From Phallusia mammillata (taxonomy: Eukaryota), in contig OZ281496.1 in NCBI GenBank assembly GCA_965637545.1, forward strand, positions 18,290,001 through 18,354,000: DNA of 64,000 bases, read 5' to 3'. The translations under genes were made by a program, and so were the position numbers. Shown piece by piece: positions 49,894-62,976 of the stretch. The number at the start of each line of letters is the position of its first letter. The stretch's first letter is position 1. The notes beneath the pieces were generated by a model, which worked only from the letters and a program-made list of their open reading frames with translations, made no database searches and was not told where the DNA came from.

Positions 49894-51222
49894 CTTTAGG
49901 CTGAGCTGGCCAAAAGGTTGGTAACTTTATGGCAACTGCGTTTTGAGATTCTGTGCTCATGTTATCACGTCGGTGGTCACCAATAAGGCGACGTGCACTT
50001 TATTTAATCAAGTCGATAGAATAACGCGAGAGCCACAACACCGCACATAAAAAGACAACACGAGACAATAAAGAAAAAGGTTCACTTCGCGTCCTATGCA
50101 TGTAGGGAATTACAGGGTCGCTACAACATTATGATTATTCGTACTGTTTTCGTAAACGCACTTTAGTTATTGAGTTGCAAGAAGGATGAACACGCTTTTT
50201 TCTGCTTGTCGGCATACAATTTATTTCAAAGACTAGTATGTCTTGAGAACACTAGATACAAGCTTTTTTAAACTAAAGTAGCTTAAACTAAACCAAATTG
50301 TCAAGAGCTTACATATAGTGTAAACGTTTTATCGTAAAGGTATCAACAATTGCTGCCATTACAGTATCATTAAACTATTTTACTTCTCATGCCCTTTACC
50401 CTGATGTCACGATACCGTACCTTCTGTGATTGGCTGGTTTTAATAAATAAAATAAAAGTATTAATCTAGAAAAATGAAAACAGTAAAAGTGATTTCAAAG
50501 AGCACAAATCTGTTAAAAGTGGTGGTACATACATTACATGAACTCATTGCAAATTTCTCATTCTTTTGGGAGACCCCATATGCATCTACTGGTACCCAAC
50601 CCATTTGACCCATTAACCCATATGCATTACCCATTAACCCATATGCAGTGGTTTGCCCTAAGAGGTTACTGTATTAAAGTTGTACGTCGGGCCGGGCTTT
50701 TCGGGCCAGGTTCGGACTTAGGTTTCTTAAAAATAACGGACTTGATAAGTAGCTAGTTACTGGACCTGGCCTAATGTCAAACACTCTTAAAACGACTTTT
50801 CTTTAAGAAGTCTGTTGTGTTTGTTATCGTGGTCTGTTCTGAGCCTTCGATTTGGTTTGTTCTGAGGGGAATGTTTAGGGCTGTCAATCAAACATTCGCG
50901 CTTAAACGGACTTCTCAAAAACGATTCGGGTTTGGGCCTGGTTTCCGGCTTGTACTTTCAGGTTCGGGTCGGGGTCGGGTTCGGGCTCTCCAATTTCAGG
51001 TCCGTTTACAACAAAAGATCCACAGAAAGTACATTTTCAACTTCTAATTGCAGATGTTGAGGATCACATATTTCACTGCACAGGAATGCCGAAAGTTTAC
51101 ATTTAACAGGGGATATGATGGAGAGAACTAAATTTCTGTTCAAAGCTGCTGTGCTCAGTTTCATTACATCATGATGATGTGAGTTTCACAACATCATGCT
51201 TTTTTCCCAAAAAATGCTTGGT

Positions 51223-54200
51223 TGTAGCGACCCCTGTCGCTTATTTATTTCTTACGAAGCGTGACGTTTGCCTTTTTCCTATTGTGCGCGTGTTTTGCCT
51301 TTTCGTTTGGTGTGCACGTTTGCTATGCGTTTGGTTTGACGCGTGATTCTATTATTTGCGATTGAAATAAACGGACGCTGTCTTTGGTGACCCCGAGTCC
51401 AGAAACGACTTTTCTGGAGTACATTAAATAAGCATGTCAACCGACGGTGACACCCAGCATGCTGTTGCGATCAAACTTCCGACTTTTTGGTCAGCATAAC
51501 CACGTGTGTGGTTCCAACAAATTGAAGCACAATTTGCATTAAAAAACATAGTTGCAGACCAAACAAAGTTTTATTATGTAGTGTCCGCACTTGATCAAGA
51601 TACAGCAAAGCGTATAATCCATTTATTGGAAGATCCTCCAGCAGAAAACAAGTTTGCATCAATTAAACAAGGACTGCTGGATTCCTTTGATTTATCAAAT
51701 CAAGAAAGAGCAGCAAGCCTGCTGAACAGGCGGATAAGTTTTGGCTTGCTCGGACGAGCAACATAGACTACACCATTGCCAAATTGAGAAAGCAGAGTCA
51801 AGCTAAATCTACAACACCTTTCAATAGCAACGACAGTAGTCAATATTGTTTTTACCACCGGCGTTTCAAACAGGATGCACGACAATGTCGTCCACCTTGT
51901 GCTGCACAACAGGGAAACGCCAAGGCCGGTGTTCCACAATGAATGGGACAACCGGCAAATCACACAACTTATTTTTCGTGTGGGATCGAGCCTCTGGTTG
52001 CAACTTTCTCGTGGATACTTGTGCTGAAATCAGTGTCTTTCCGCCTTCCGGCTGTGAAAGAAGAATGAACCACAAGGGACAAAATCTCACAGCAGCTAAC
52101 GGCAGCCACATAACAACCTACGGTTCCAAGTTAATTACTCTTGATATTCCTTCCAGCAAGTTTCAATGGAGTTTGGAGCAGATTTCCTTCGAGCGCACGG
52201 TTTACTTGTTGATGTTAAACGGCAATGTCTGGTACATGCTCAGTCGTTAACTAGCATGACCATAGGCAAGACAAACCAAGCGGCACCTCGCCTAAATGCA
52301 ATTAGCAACGCACAATCAAGTTACGTCAAACTTTTGGCAAAGTTTCCGGACATAACAACGCCACATTTTTCTGCAGTAATGCCAAAACATGGAGTGGAAC
52401 ATCACATTCCCACAAGCGGCCTACCAGTGCACTCTCGGGCAAGACGACTTCCACCCGAAAAACTAGCCATTGCAAAGGCAGAATTTAGTAAAATAATGGA
52501 GTTGGGAATAGTCCGCCGTTCATCCAGTCCATGGTCGTCTCCACTTTATATGGTTCCCAAAACATCAGGTGGATGGAGGCGATTACAGGCGCCTTAATGC
52601 AGCAACACAACCAGACCGTTACTCGATCCCACATATCCAGGATTTTACAGCACGACTGGCAGGGGCTAAGATTTTTTCTAAAATCGACCTGGTTCGAGGA
52701 TACCACCAGGTACCCGTTGCTCCAGCAGACATTTCCAAAACGGCTGTCGTAACGCCGTTTGGGCTTTTTGAATTTCTGCGCATGCCTTTTTGACTTAAAA
52801 ATGCAGCTCAAGCGTTTCAAAGAATGATGGATACAGTTTGTCAGTCTTTGAAATTCGTGTTTGTTTACCTTGATGACATATTGGTTGCAAGTAAGTCAGC
52901 TAACGAACATCGCAATCATCTTCAACAGCTCTTTAAACAATTAGCTGACCATGAACTTGTCATTAATCTAGCCAAATGTAAGTTTGGACTGACGGAAATC
53001 GATTTTCTCGGCCACCGCGTGGATAGATTTGGTGCCAGACCCTTACCTGACAAAGTCAAGGCAATTCAAAGCTTTCCCAAACCTACCACTATTAAAGGCC
53101 TACAAGAATTTGCTGGCATGATAAATTTTTATCACAGATTTATTCCTGGTGCATCGCGAATCATGATGCCATTGTATGAAGCACTTTCTGGCAAACCAAA
53201 ACACCTGGTTTGGAACAACACAATGCTTGCAGCATTTACCAACGCTAAAAAGGCACTTGCTGCAGCAGCGGTACTTCACCACCCTATACCTCAGGCACAA
53301 ACCGCCTTGACGGTCGACGCGTCACTGTCAGCAGTTGGTGCTGTGCTTGAGCAAAACATTGGAGGTTGCTGGAGGCCATTAGCATTTTTCAGCAGGCATC
53401 TCAGGCCACCAGAAACAAAGTACAGCGCCTTCGACAGAGAGTTACTGGCTTTGCATTTGGCAATCCGCCATTTTCGATACTTTCTTGAAGGGCGCAGTTT
53501 TACCGCTTTTACTGACCACAAACCGTAACATTTGCGTTTGCAAAAGTGTCTGATCCATGGTCAGCGCGCCAACAACGCCACCTTACAGCAATATCCGAAT
53601 TCACCACTGATGTTCGACACATCCAAGGGAAACATAATCAAGTCGCTGACGCATTGTCCCGGATAACTGTTTCAAGTCTACAAAAGGTGATGTTGGATTT
53701 CGATTACAAAGCTATAGCGAATGCTCAACTTGATAAAGATGTGCAGTCATACCGTACAGCAATTACAAACCTAAAGCTCGAGGACATAACTATTGGCAAC
53801 TCTGGTATTTGACATTATTCACTGTTTGTCACATCCGTCAATACGCACGACGCGCAAGCTAATAGCTTTAAAATTTGTGTGGCACGGGCTCAAACAGCAA
53901 GTAGGATTATGGGTTAAACAGTGTACAGCTTGCCAGAAATCAAAGATCCACACACACGTTCGATTAACTCTGGTGGAATACCCATTACCTCGTTCTCGTT
54001 TTGAACATGTTAACATTGATATTGTTGGCCCTTTACCGCCATCACAGGGCAAAACATGTCTGCTGACAATAGTAGATAGGTTTACTAGGTGGCCAGAAGC
54101 AGTTCCCATGACGGATTCCTTAACTCTAACTTGTGCCAGAGCTTTCCTTTCGGTCTGGATTTCACGGTTTGGAATTCCAGCGCACCTATCTTCTGATCGT

Positions 54201-55085
54201 GGTCCGCAATTCACGTCCCAGTTGTGGTCGACCATAAGCCAACTTCTTGGGATACAACTTCATCTCACCACAAGCTTTCACCCCCAATTAAACGGACTAG
54301 TTAAACGATTTCACCGGCATTAAAAAAGTGCTTTGATGGCTCGCCTTTCTGGACCAAACTGGATTGACAAATTACCTTGGGTTATGTTAGGCATTCGAAC
54401 TGCCCCCAAGGATGATTTACAGACATCTTCAGCAGAGCTCGTATATGGCTCCCCAATCGCAGTGCCAGGAGATTTCATCTGTCATGATGAATCAGCTCCC
54501 TCTCAAGTTTTACCTGCTCTACGGGATGCCGTCGACAAGCTTTTACCAACTCCTATGTCCAGACACGGCAATGTGAAAGCAGCAATGCCACCAAGTCTGA
54601 CGGCTAGTGACTATGTGTTCGTTCGGAGAGACACACATCCTCCACCACTGACAAAGCCATATGACGGACCGTTTAAAGTTGTAGCGCGATCCAACACAAC
54701 TTTTACATTAAATATGGGAGGTAAAGAGAAGGTGGTATCGATTGACCGCCTTAAGCCTGCACATCTTGCCTGAGTCAGCCAGTTGTTGTTGAGCAACCTC
54801 CTCGCCGCGACAGACCACCCAAAAAAGCATAGCGTGCAAAAAAACACAATCATTTTTTTCGGACAAATACACTGATTTTTGTGTTTTTCTTGCGTAATGT
54901 GAAAACTTCTCGCTTCTGGAGGGGATTATGTAGCGACCCCTGTCGCTTATTTCTTACGAATCGTGACGGTTGTCTTTTTCCTATTGTGCGCGTGTTTTGC
55001 CTTTTTCGTTTGGTGTGCACGTTTGCTATGCGTTTGGTTTGAGGCGTGATTCTATTATTTGCGATTGAAATAAACGGACGCTTCA
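51223..55085 (+). mobile_element. Near full-length but decayed Gypsy LTR retrotransposon
   Basis: LTRs 51223 to about 51382 and 54929-55085; 4-bp TSD TGGT; tRNA-Trp-like PBS at 51385; gag ATG 51434 with an early stop; protease (FLVDT), RT (YLDDILV), RNase H and integrase fragments with stops and frameshifts; PPT before 54929; empty site near 35790 in unit B. Confidence 0.93.
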
Positions 55086-55689
55086 TGGTAGAGAAAATAC
55101 AGCAAAGTAATGTACATGCAATTCATATGAATACAAATAATGTGTTCTGACATTTCAACAAAGCTGTTGATGGCTGTGAACAAAATAACAATGCGGAAAA
55201 CTCAGCACTATCGTCCTCGACGATCCATGCATGATTATGACAGGTTGATTGGTCCCGGCTTATATTGTTTTCGACGTTCGCAATGACGTGGCTTTATTAA
55301 CCAATTGTGCACACAACACATCTTGTGGTAGTTAATTACATTTGTAATGCATCGAACAGATGCTAGCTGTTTAAACCCTTGCTGTAAAAATATGTGCTGT
55401 AAACACAATGAATTTATTTAAGGTTTAGCCATAATCATTGCTTATAACTGATCTTTAGGGCACTAGTTTAACTTTGTGTCCTAAGTTGGTGTCATATTAT
55501 ATGATGAACAGGTTTTGCCACAAACTGCAGTAAACATATAAAAGCTTGATTGTTTGATAGTTCGAGATCAGGAAATGTTTTAGATAGCTTAGATAGCTGA
55601 CACTTAATCGCAGGTTTAAGTGTTCAAAAAAATGGTTAATTTGTTGTATTGTGTTATGCAGACTCCTTTCTGTGGACGCCAAGAAACAA

Positions 55690-58600
55690 ATGCATATGTC
55701 TACACTGTACCGAATCTATTTAGGTTTGACTGTCTTTCTGTCACTTGTCACCGTGTGCATGTGGAACCTTTCGACTTTCACATTCACTGTTGCACCAAAA
55801 AAGGGATTAATAAATATGTTGGAAGTAAAGCTAACGATTTAACGGTAAGCGAAATTTTTGTATTTACAAGCGTATTGCACCTATTACTGGTAACGTACGA
55901 CTACATCAAACACGGACGCGAAAAATATTTAACATAACCAATGTATCTAAGAGCTTCCAGATAGCGAAAAAAATTATTGTAAACGTTGCAATGATCTGCT
56001 GTACAAATACCATTAGGAATAGTTTTTGCAATTTGAAAGCGTATTTGATGAAAATATATTTTATATTCCTTACCTGAAACGTGCAATTTTATTTTCGCGT
56101 GAATGTGACACACGAACTAATTATAATTTACGTTGTCGCAATCTCTCATATGCATTGTTGCAATACTGATCATGCGCTAACAAATATTCACAAGAACTTA
56201 CGACAGACCTCGAGCGCCAATTATCGACTCGGAAAATGCGGCGAGGAAAAGACAGTGGGTGGAAAATGCGTGCAACTAGAACAAAGAAAAATAAACCAAA
56301 TGAAAACAGCATTGAGTGGAGATATATGATTTGTGTCATACAAAACAAATCAACAAGAAAATGCACAGCGGCTCACGCGTGAAATATTTTTGCCACGGTA
56401 GCTCTAACACATATTGCATGTATTGATTAAACGGCAATTATATAATTACTATTCCTGCATAACGTGATTGTTACATCGAAAGGTTGTACAGAAAGACGAT
56501 CTGAGGGCAAAAAGAAGTTTTTTAAAAGATTTTGGTCTGAATCGAACTTGCCTAATAATGAGGATAGGATATTTGTGTGTTGACATTCTTTTTGAATTAC
56601 CATCTTAACTATAGTTAAGAAAAAAAGCTATTCTCTTGCGCCCCCACCCCATTCAATACAAATTTCTGTGGTACTCAGCAATAGGTAAAGTGATCAGGTG
56701 TTACATGACCAGTAAGAGATTTAGAACCACAGGAATAGGCGAATAAAAATTTCCTGTTTTATGTTTAAAATTGTTCACCACATAAAAGATGTTTAATAAC
56801 TTTGTGTTTACCAAGCTTACATAACTTTTTGTTTAATAGCAGCAAGTCTTTAAACTTGTCACTGAGCGGTTGCCAAAAGAAAATAGAAACATAACGCCGA
56901 CGTTCAGAAAGAAGGAATACCAATGTGAAAAGCCGATTTTCAAGTTTGTGTTTGCAAGGATTCACAAAACCGGTTCAACCACTATGAAGGGTCTACTTCT
57001 TAACTTCATCAAAAAACATCGTTTATCGCGGGTAAGACTCTGAACTCCAACGAAAAGGTGGGGACAAAGGACATCAGTTTTTTTAGTATTTTGATGTTAA
57101 ACATTTAAACAATTTATATTCAAAGACTGCATTGTTTATGAGGAATATAATAAACTGAGGGTCCAATGCTGCAAACAATGCACAATGTTTTGATCTATGA
57201 AGTCTTATCACTGCAGCTGGTGTCAAAAAATAGGCCGTAATAGCGAGTCTGTTACTCTCAACAAACTAGAGTGCCTCCCAACCGGAAAGTGATGTTCAAA
57301 ATTCAAGTTTTAACTGTCAGCTATAAATTTAATTTCAAAGGCGTGGTACTTGGTATGTATAATGATTGGTATAATAATACAAAATCCAAGGAATCTTCAT
57401 AGGGCACTTCTGTGCTAAGGTCGATACAAAACATTAACAAAATATATGAATAGGGGTATTTATCTGTTTCATTTGTTTTTAAACCGTTTGCATACTTTTG
57501 TTTCGATGTGGTCCGAAAAGTATTACCGCATAAACCGGGAAAGATGGACATAAAGTTTGAACAAGTTTTTCTTCGAACATTTACTTTCAGTACCTGATAA
57601 TCAACGCGAGACTACTTTTTGCAGTTTACGACCCGCAGGTTTCCTGCAGATTTTGTTGGTGGATATCCTGGTCGGTTTAAGTGCAAGTTTATGTTTCCAC
57701 AAGACGCTTCTATTAGTGTTGAACATTTAAGGTTTGATGCAGAAGAAATGAAGAAATGTCATCCCGAGACAAGGTGTTATGTTTAAAAAAAGATTTAAAA
57801 AGGACTGTACGCATGTTTCGAATATTTGCTTGAATGGAAAACATTAATGCCCCAAGCTCATTACGTACTTGTAACGAAATTACTAAAGTATTTTACTTTT
57901 GATCGATTGTTGCAGATATGTTACAATCATTCGCCAACCATGGAACCATTTTCTTTCGGCATACAACTGTCTTCCTGATTGGGAAAAGCGAACCCTTAAC
58001 TGCGCTGGAATGCCCACTGTATACATTCAACAGGGTGAAAAGATGGGTCCTATAAAATTTCTGTCAAAAGCTGCTGTCTTGTTAAATCCATCAGTTCCTT
58101 TTTATTTCCGGTATTTTTCAGTTTGTCTCAACCCCTTTATGACCAGGTTGTTGGATAAAAAAGTGGGTATAATTCACTAATAACTTGAGGATAAACTTAC
58201 ATACGATTGTTTATCAACTTAAATGTAGTAGAAATAGTTAAATGTTAAAACAAGCTATTTGTGAAAAACTACTTTGTTTCTGATTTACGCAGATTTCGAA
58301 ATTTTCAATCTCATGATTTGGGAATAGATCCGATGTTAAATGACGCAAATGAAATTGAAAGTCAAATACAGGAATTGGATAAAAACATGGATCTAGTGAT
58401 GCTACTTGAATATTTTGATGAGTCTTTAATATTGCTAAAGGTTTGTTATGCAGAAATGATCTTCAGTCTGAAGCTCCTAACAAACTGGAGTGCCGTTATA
58501 TGCTTATGCTTACACGGTCAATGTCTTGCTATTAGCTGCGCTGATGTTGGTTTGTTGGTCGAAATCGTATGTTCTGTCCGCAGTTAAATTATTTTTTTTC

Positions 58601-59297
58601 TTCATGCCAGTTTAGCGTTTTTCCTAACGTTTGCTTTTGTAAATAATGACTGCTGCAAGCAGTTTTAAATGAATAATTATTGTTTGAAAGCTTTTTTAAA
58701 AGCAACTATTCAACGCAGTTCAAACGCAAAATCAAACACTTGCTCCTTTTATTAGAATTTGCTTTGCTTTGATTGGGATATTTTAAATGGACTTGGTCAC
58801 CTTAACAAACGCTACTATAAACGGAAGACGTTACAAAATGAAGAGGATAAGAAAAACTTTAAGCAGCTTTACAACATTGTACGTATATAGTTATGAATTG
58901 AAATATTTTTTTTTATTCTGTCTTACGCTTTGTTTTGTTTTGATACTCGTTTAAAATCGTTAAAATCTAGACAATATGTGCATTGACATATTTGTTTAAT
59001 TTCAATGTCTATACAATCGTGGTGTTTGGAGAACAACTATTTTTTTTACAGGACATTGCACTGTACGATTACTTCAATAGAACTTTCTGGAAACGAGTTG
59101 AAGACTACGGACGGGAGAGAATGGCTAAAGATCTGGAAATACTTCGTAAAAGACAAAATAAACCTATAATTTACCCATCTCACCGTTCAATGCCAAAAGT
59201 GGATTCCCAACTAAAAGCGGAAATTCAAAGTTATATGTTTGAGAACAACGGAAAATGTCTCTACCCAGGTTGGAAAGAGCCGCTGTACATTCCGTAG
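55690..59297 (+). pseudogene. GAL3ST: Gal3ST family gene copy C; 1-bp deletion in the TM exon (pseudogene or sequencing error)
   Basis: Exons 55690-55844 (155 nt versus 156; premature TAA 55840-55842), 56840-57031, 57625-57773 (in-frame 3-nt deletion), 57916-58110, 58293-58440, 58756-58878, 59052-59297. Confidence 0.85.
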
Positions 59298-60558
59298 ATC
59301 AGCATTTTTTTCTAAAAATATTCAGGTTTGTGCTCCCGATATTGTGTGAAATCGAATTAGGTCAATTTACCGCTGGTCATACAGAATTGTTTGATCTGTT
59401 TGCTGATTTACTGAAATTTGTACAACATTATGATTCTAACCCTATTGGAGGGTTACACAACATCTGAACTACAGACCAATTTAAACCTTTTATCTCTTCA
59501 AGTATGACACATGTAAAGCGTTCAGTCACTATTTGACTTAAAAAAAAATCGGTAAAAATAAATTTCGGGGTTGCAAAGGTCATCGAAACATTTCATTAGT
59601 TTATGGAGGAAGCAATAAGGCCGAATGTATTTAAGTTCCATTATTTCCTTGATTATGTTCGAAAGAAAGCTCCCAAGCGTAATTTTTTACTCGTTGTGTT
59701 ACTGATTTCTCGTTTATCAATACAACTTAGTCTGTTTGGCAGACATGTTAATTGCGTTCACAAGAAATTTTGTTTGAAATAACTACTGTGATTTTGAGAT
59801 GTTTATAACATGACTACAATGTTTCTTTGCAACAGAGTATGTGTTTGATGTTAATAAGAAATAAAACTGTCCTATATAAGGTCATGTTCTTCCACCAACA
59901 GGCACTAATAACCGTACATTTTGTATCTTACTTTTAACCTTATTTATTAACCTATTAATATATCTCAAATGGAAAAGTTAGTTTCGTAAAATGATAACAC
60001 CAGTTAATTACAACTTTTACAGAAACGTTAATTTTTTACAGGAAATAAATATGCTTACTTATTCTTTAAACTGTGGGTGCACGCAAAACTACATTAATGA
60101 TGAATCGATGATTCCACCAACAGACACTTATAACCGGATTTTTTCACATCTCACTTTGAACCGGATTTTTTTTACATTTACATATCTCAACTGAACACCA
60201 GTTGATATTACAACTACTATTCGCAAATGTCATTGAAAAATATTTTAACCGCGACGATTCAGGGTCATTATAACCAGATTAGGGAATACACTGATTCTTT
60301 TTCTTCACATTTCAGTTATTTTGTTTCAAAAAGAATGAATACACTTTTCTCTGCATGTCGGCATACAATTTATCCTAAAGACTAGTATGTCTTGTGAACA
60401 CTAGATACAAGCTTTTGTTGAATTAAGTTGCTTAAACTAAACCAAATTGTCAAGTGCTTACATATAGTGTAAACATTTATCGTAAACGTTTCAACAATTC
60501 CTGCCATTACCGGTAATGTTATTCAACTACTTTTCTTCTCATGCCCTATACCCTAGTG

Positions 60559-61225
60559 CAGGGCTACTCAAACTTTCTTGCTCTGCGACCCCATTTTAAA
60601 ACAGAAATTTCCACGCGACCCCTTGATAGGTATAGCCCAGGGGTGCACAACCTTTTTGCTATGACGGCCGCATCACAGATCCTTATTTCACCAGCGGCCG
60701 CTTAAAGCCTGCATGCTTGTGTTTCAAAATTACTGATGTAAAGAAATACTTATATATACATATATATACTATCTAATGGCGATGCACAAATTGACAGTCT
60801 TATCTTTTATGACGTCATCATCTATATTGTGACGCTTGTGGTACCTGCTTTTTAGCATTGTTTGCACACAATAGGCATAAAAAAGTCTGACACACATGGC
60901 TATTAGGCTGGTAATAATCTTTTCCACAAAATGTGTTTAGAGCAGTTTAAAAGTCAAAATATTTAGCAAAGGGTTTTATTTACGTCACGGCAGCCACTAC
61001 ATTTATTCTAATAAACATGTTCACGGCCGCACAAACTCGTCTCTGTACGGCCGCAAGGTTGTTCACCCCTGGTATAGCCTCTACACGGGATTAATGTTTA
61101 AACAGTAAACGTACGCACGCATACCATTTATTGTGACTGACATAATAACGTATAATGTTTCGCGACCCCAAAATTAAATTCCGCGACCCCAATTGGGGTC
61201 GCGACCCACAGTTTGAGAAGCCCTG
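60559..61225. mobile_element. hAT MITE containing a second hAT MITE (60638-61071)
   Basis: Outer TSD CCCTAGTG, TIR CAGGGCT..TCAAAC; inner TSD GTATAGCC, TIR CAGGGGTG.ACAACC. Confidence 0.88.
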
Positions 61226-61486
61226 CCCTAGTGTATGCCTAATTCTTCAACCTGGGTAGACAGTGAACCCTGTGCAGTAAACCACTGCAGTCACAGGGGT
61301 TAATGCGTACCAATAAATGCACAGGGGCTTCTCAAAAAACGAGAAATGAGTCCATGATAATGTGTCTACTACGACTCGGTGAGGTATGGGATCGTGGCAT
61401 CTGGATATGATCCGGAAATAAACAGAATTAAGTCAATTCTAACTTGTTAAAAAGCCAATTTTATACTTCTACATGTTTTCTTTTAC

Positions 61487-61989
61487 CTTTACACCAATTG
61501 GTATGGTGATGGTCTCAAAAGCAATAAGTACAGTAAAAGTGGTCAGATGTCTACATGTACAAGTGATGTTGGCCGTTGCGTTATCAATGATGATTTGCTG
61601 GTTGATTTTGATAATATATCGGCGTCCCAACCGACAATATCAATGTAAGTTGTGTTTTCCAAAGCTATGTATCGCGTTGTTGCAGTGGATCCCTCTTTTA
61701 ACATCTTAGATTGTGTAATTAAAGAGGAGTTCATCTTGTAGACAAGCACAGTGGCAATGATTCGACTAACATTACCTGTTTGAAGTGAATAGTCAATGTG
61801 CGTAGATCCACTGTAAATAGTTGAGCTGTATGTCTTTTGATCGATGTTAGCGACTACGATGTGCAAATGATCATCGCCATCATTGTAGGTGGTTCCGTTT
61901 GTTTCAGGGTGGATTCGTGCAACATCCTCGATTTTGTTTTCGATATTTTCCAACGCCACACCTTTTGCTCGTTTAACGTTCCATATCTG
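61487..61989 (-). pseudogene. GAIN/GPS-domain exon of an adhesion-GPCR- or polycystin-like gene, with a 1-bp frameshift
   Basis: Acceptor tctgtacag at 61990, donor AAG|GTAAAA at 61486; 503 nt; the shifted frame gives IIDNATANITCTCRHLTTFTVLIAF, a GPS C-x-C-x-H-L-T-x-F motif, preceded by VGWD. Confidence 0.62.
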
Positions 61990-62543
61990 CTGTACAGATA
62001 ATTCGTCTGCGCAAAACTATAGCCATATAAATATGACATATTTCAACATTTATTGGTCCTAATTCAAACAACTGCTTGATCTCTATTGTTTTTACCATAA
62101 GTTTACACACGAAAATACATGTGAGACAACCTACCTTAAATATCACATTGCAAAAAAACTGTGTAATAACCATGTTAACTAGCTGAGATGAACTCAATCT
62201 GAAGTAATAGGTTTAACGGAAAATAAAAATCCAAACAAACAGTTACAACAACCAAACAAGTTATTTGGGATTTTTTCGATATTTATCGAGCTTACAGTTT
62301 TTTTAAGTTGAAGACTTCATATCTTTTGCAAAGACAATTTGTCTGCACGAAAACCATGGTTTTAGTAAAAATTTCGTTTTTTAAATTGTTCTAAAGTAAA
62401 CAAATGCTTGATCTCTATCGTTTTTGTAGTTTGGACAAACAAGAAACGACAAAAACACAAAAACAATAAAAATATTCCAGCAACCCTATCGAAAATCAAA
62501 TAGAAAATTTTAAACGATTTTCACAATTGTTATTCCTTTAGCT

Positions 62544-62778
62544 CAGTGATCGGCAACCGCCGGTCCGCGGCCCAGTACCGGTCCGCGAGGAGTTCGTTAC
62601 CGGTCCGTATAATTTTTCAGGTGAAATGCTATAAAACATTTTGCCCATGTATCCCGGGGATGACAAACTAATTTAAGCGTTTTTATTGCTAAATATTTGT
62701 AGTTTTTTTAAGACCGGTCCGCGATAAAATTTCACTTTCAAAAACGGTCCGCAGTGCAATAAAGGTTGCCGACCCCTG
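62544..62778. mobile_element. hAT (Buster-type) MITE
   Basis: CAGTGATCGGCAACC / GGTTGCCGACCCCTG; TSD CTTTAGCT. Confidence 0.85.
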
Positions 62779-62976
62779 CTTTAGCTCAGCCATAAAAATA
62801 GTATGTGGCAAATTCGTAATATAGATGTTAGCGGAATGACATTAACAAATAACTTTAACAACAACAAAACAACTTACATTTTGGAGGTACATAGGTAAAA
62901 TTAATGTCGTGGTATTTTGCTACTGTAGGACATGGATCCACATACTCGTATTTTTGTGGAAGGTGGCAAGAAGGTT

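Larger units (their letters stand above)
46678..50125 (-). mobile_element. Gypsy LTR retrotransposon, internally deleted (protease and most of RT missing)
   Basis: 142-bp LTRs 46678-46819 and 49984-50125 (2 differences seen); 4-bp TSD ACAT; tRNA-Trp PBS 49964-49982; PPT 46820-46830; gag ATG 49960 (KLPTFW..PKVWFQQAEAQF). Confidence 0.93.
31190..60550 (+). repeat. Tandem segmental duplication carrying Gal3ST copies B (about 31.2-43.1 kb) and C (about 46.0-60.3 kb); older paralogy to unit A (about 6.2-30.2 kb)
   Basis: Introns and flanks align between units (e.g. 31190-31975 with 46040-46677 and 50126 onward; 29560-30150 with 42620-43110 and 59560-60250; 32030-32240 with 60330-60550). Boundaries approximate. 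Confidence 0.85.
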
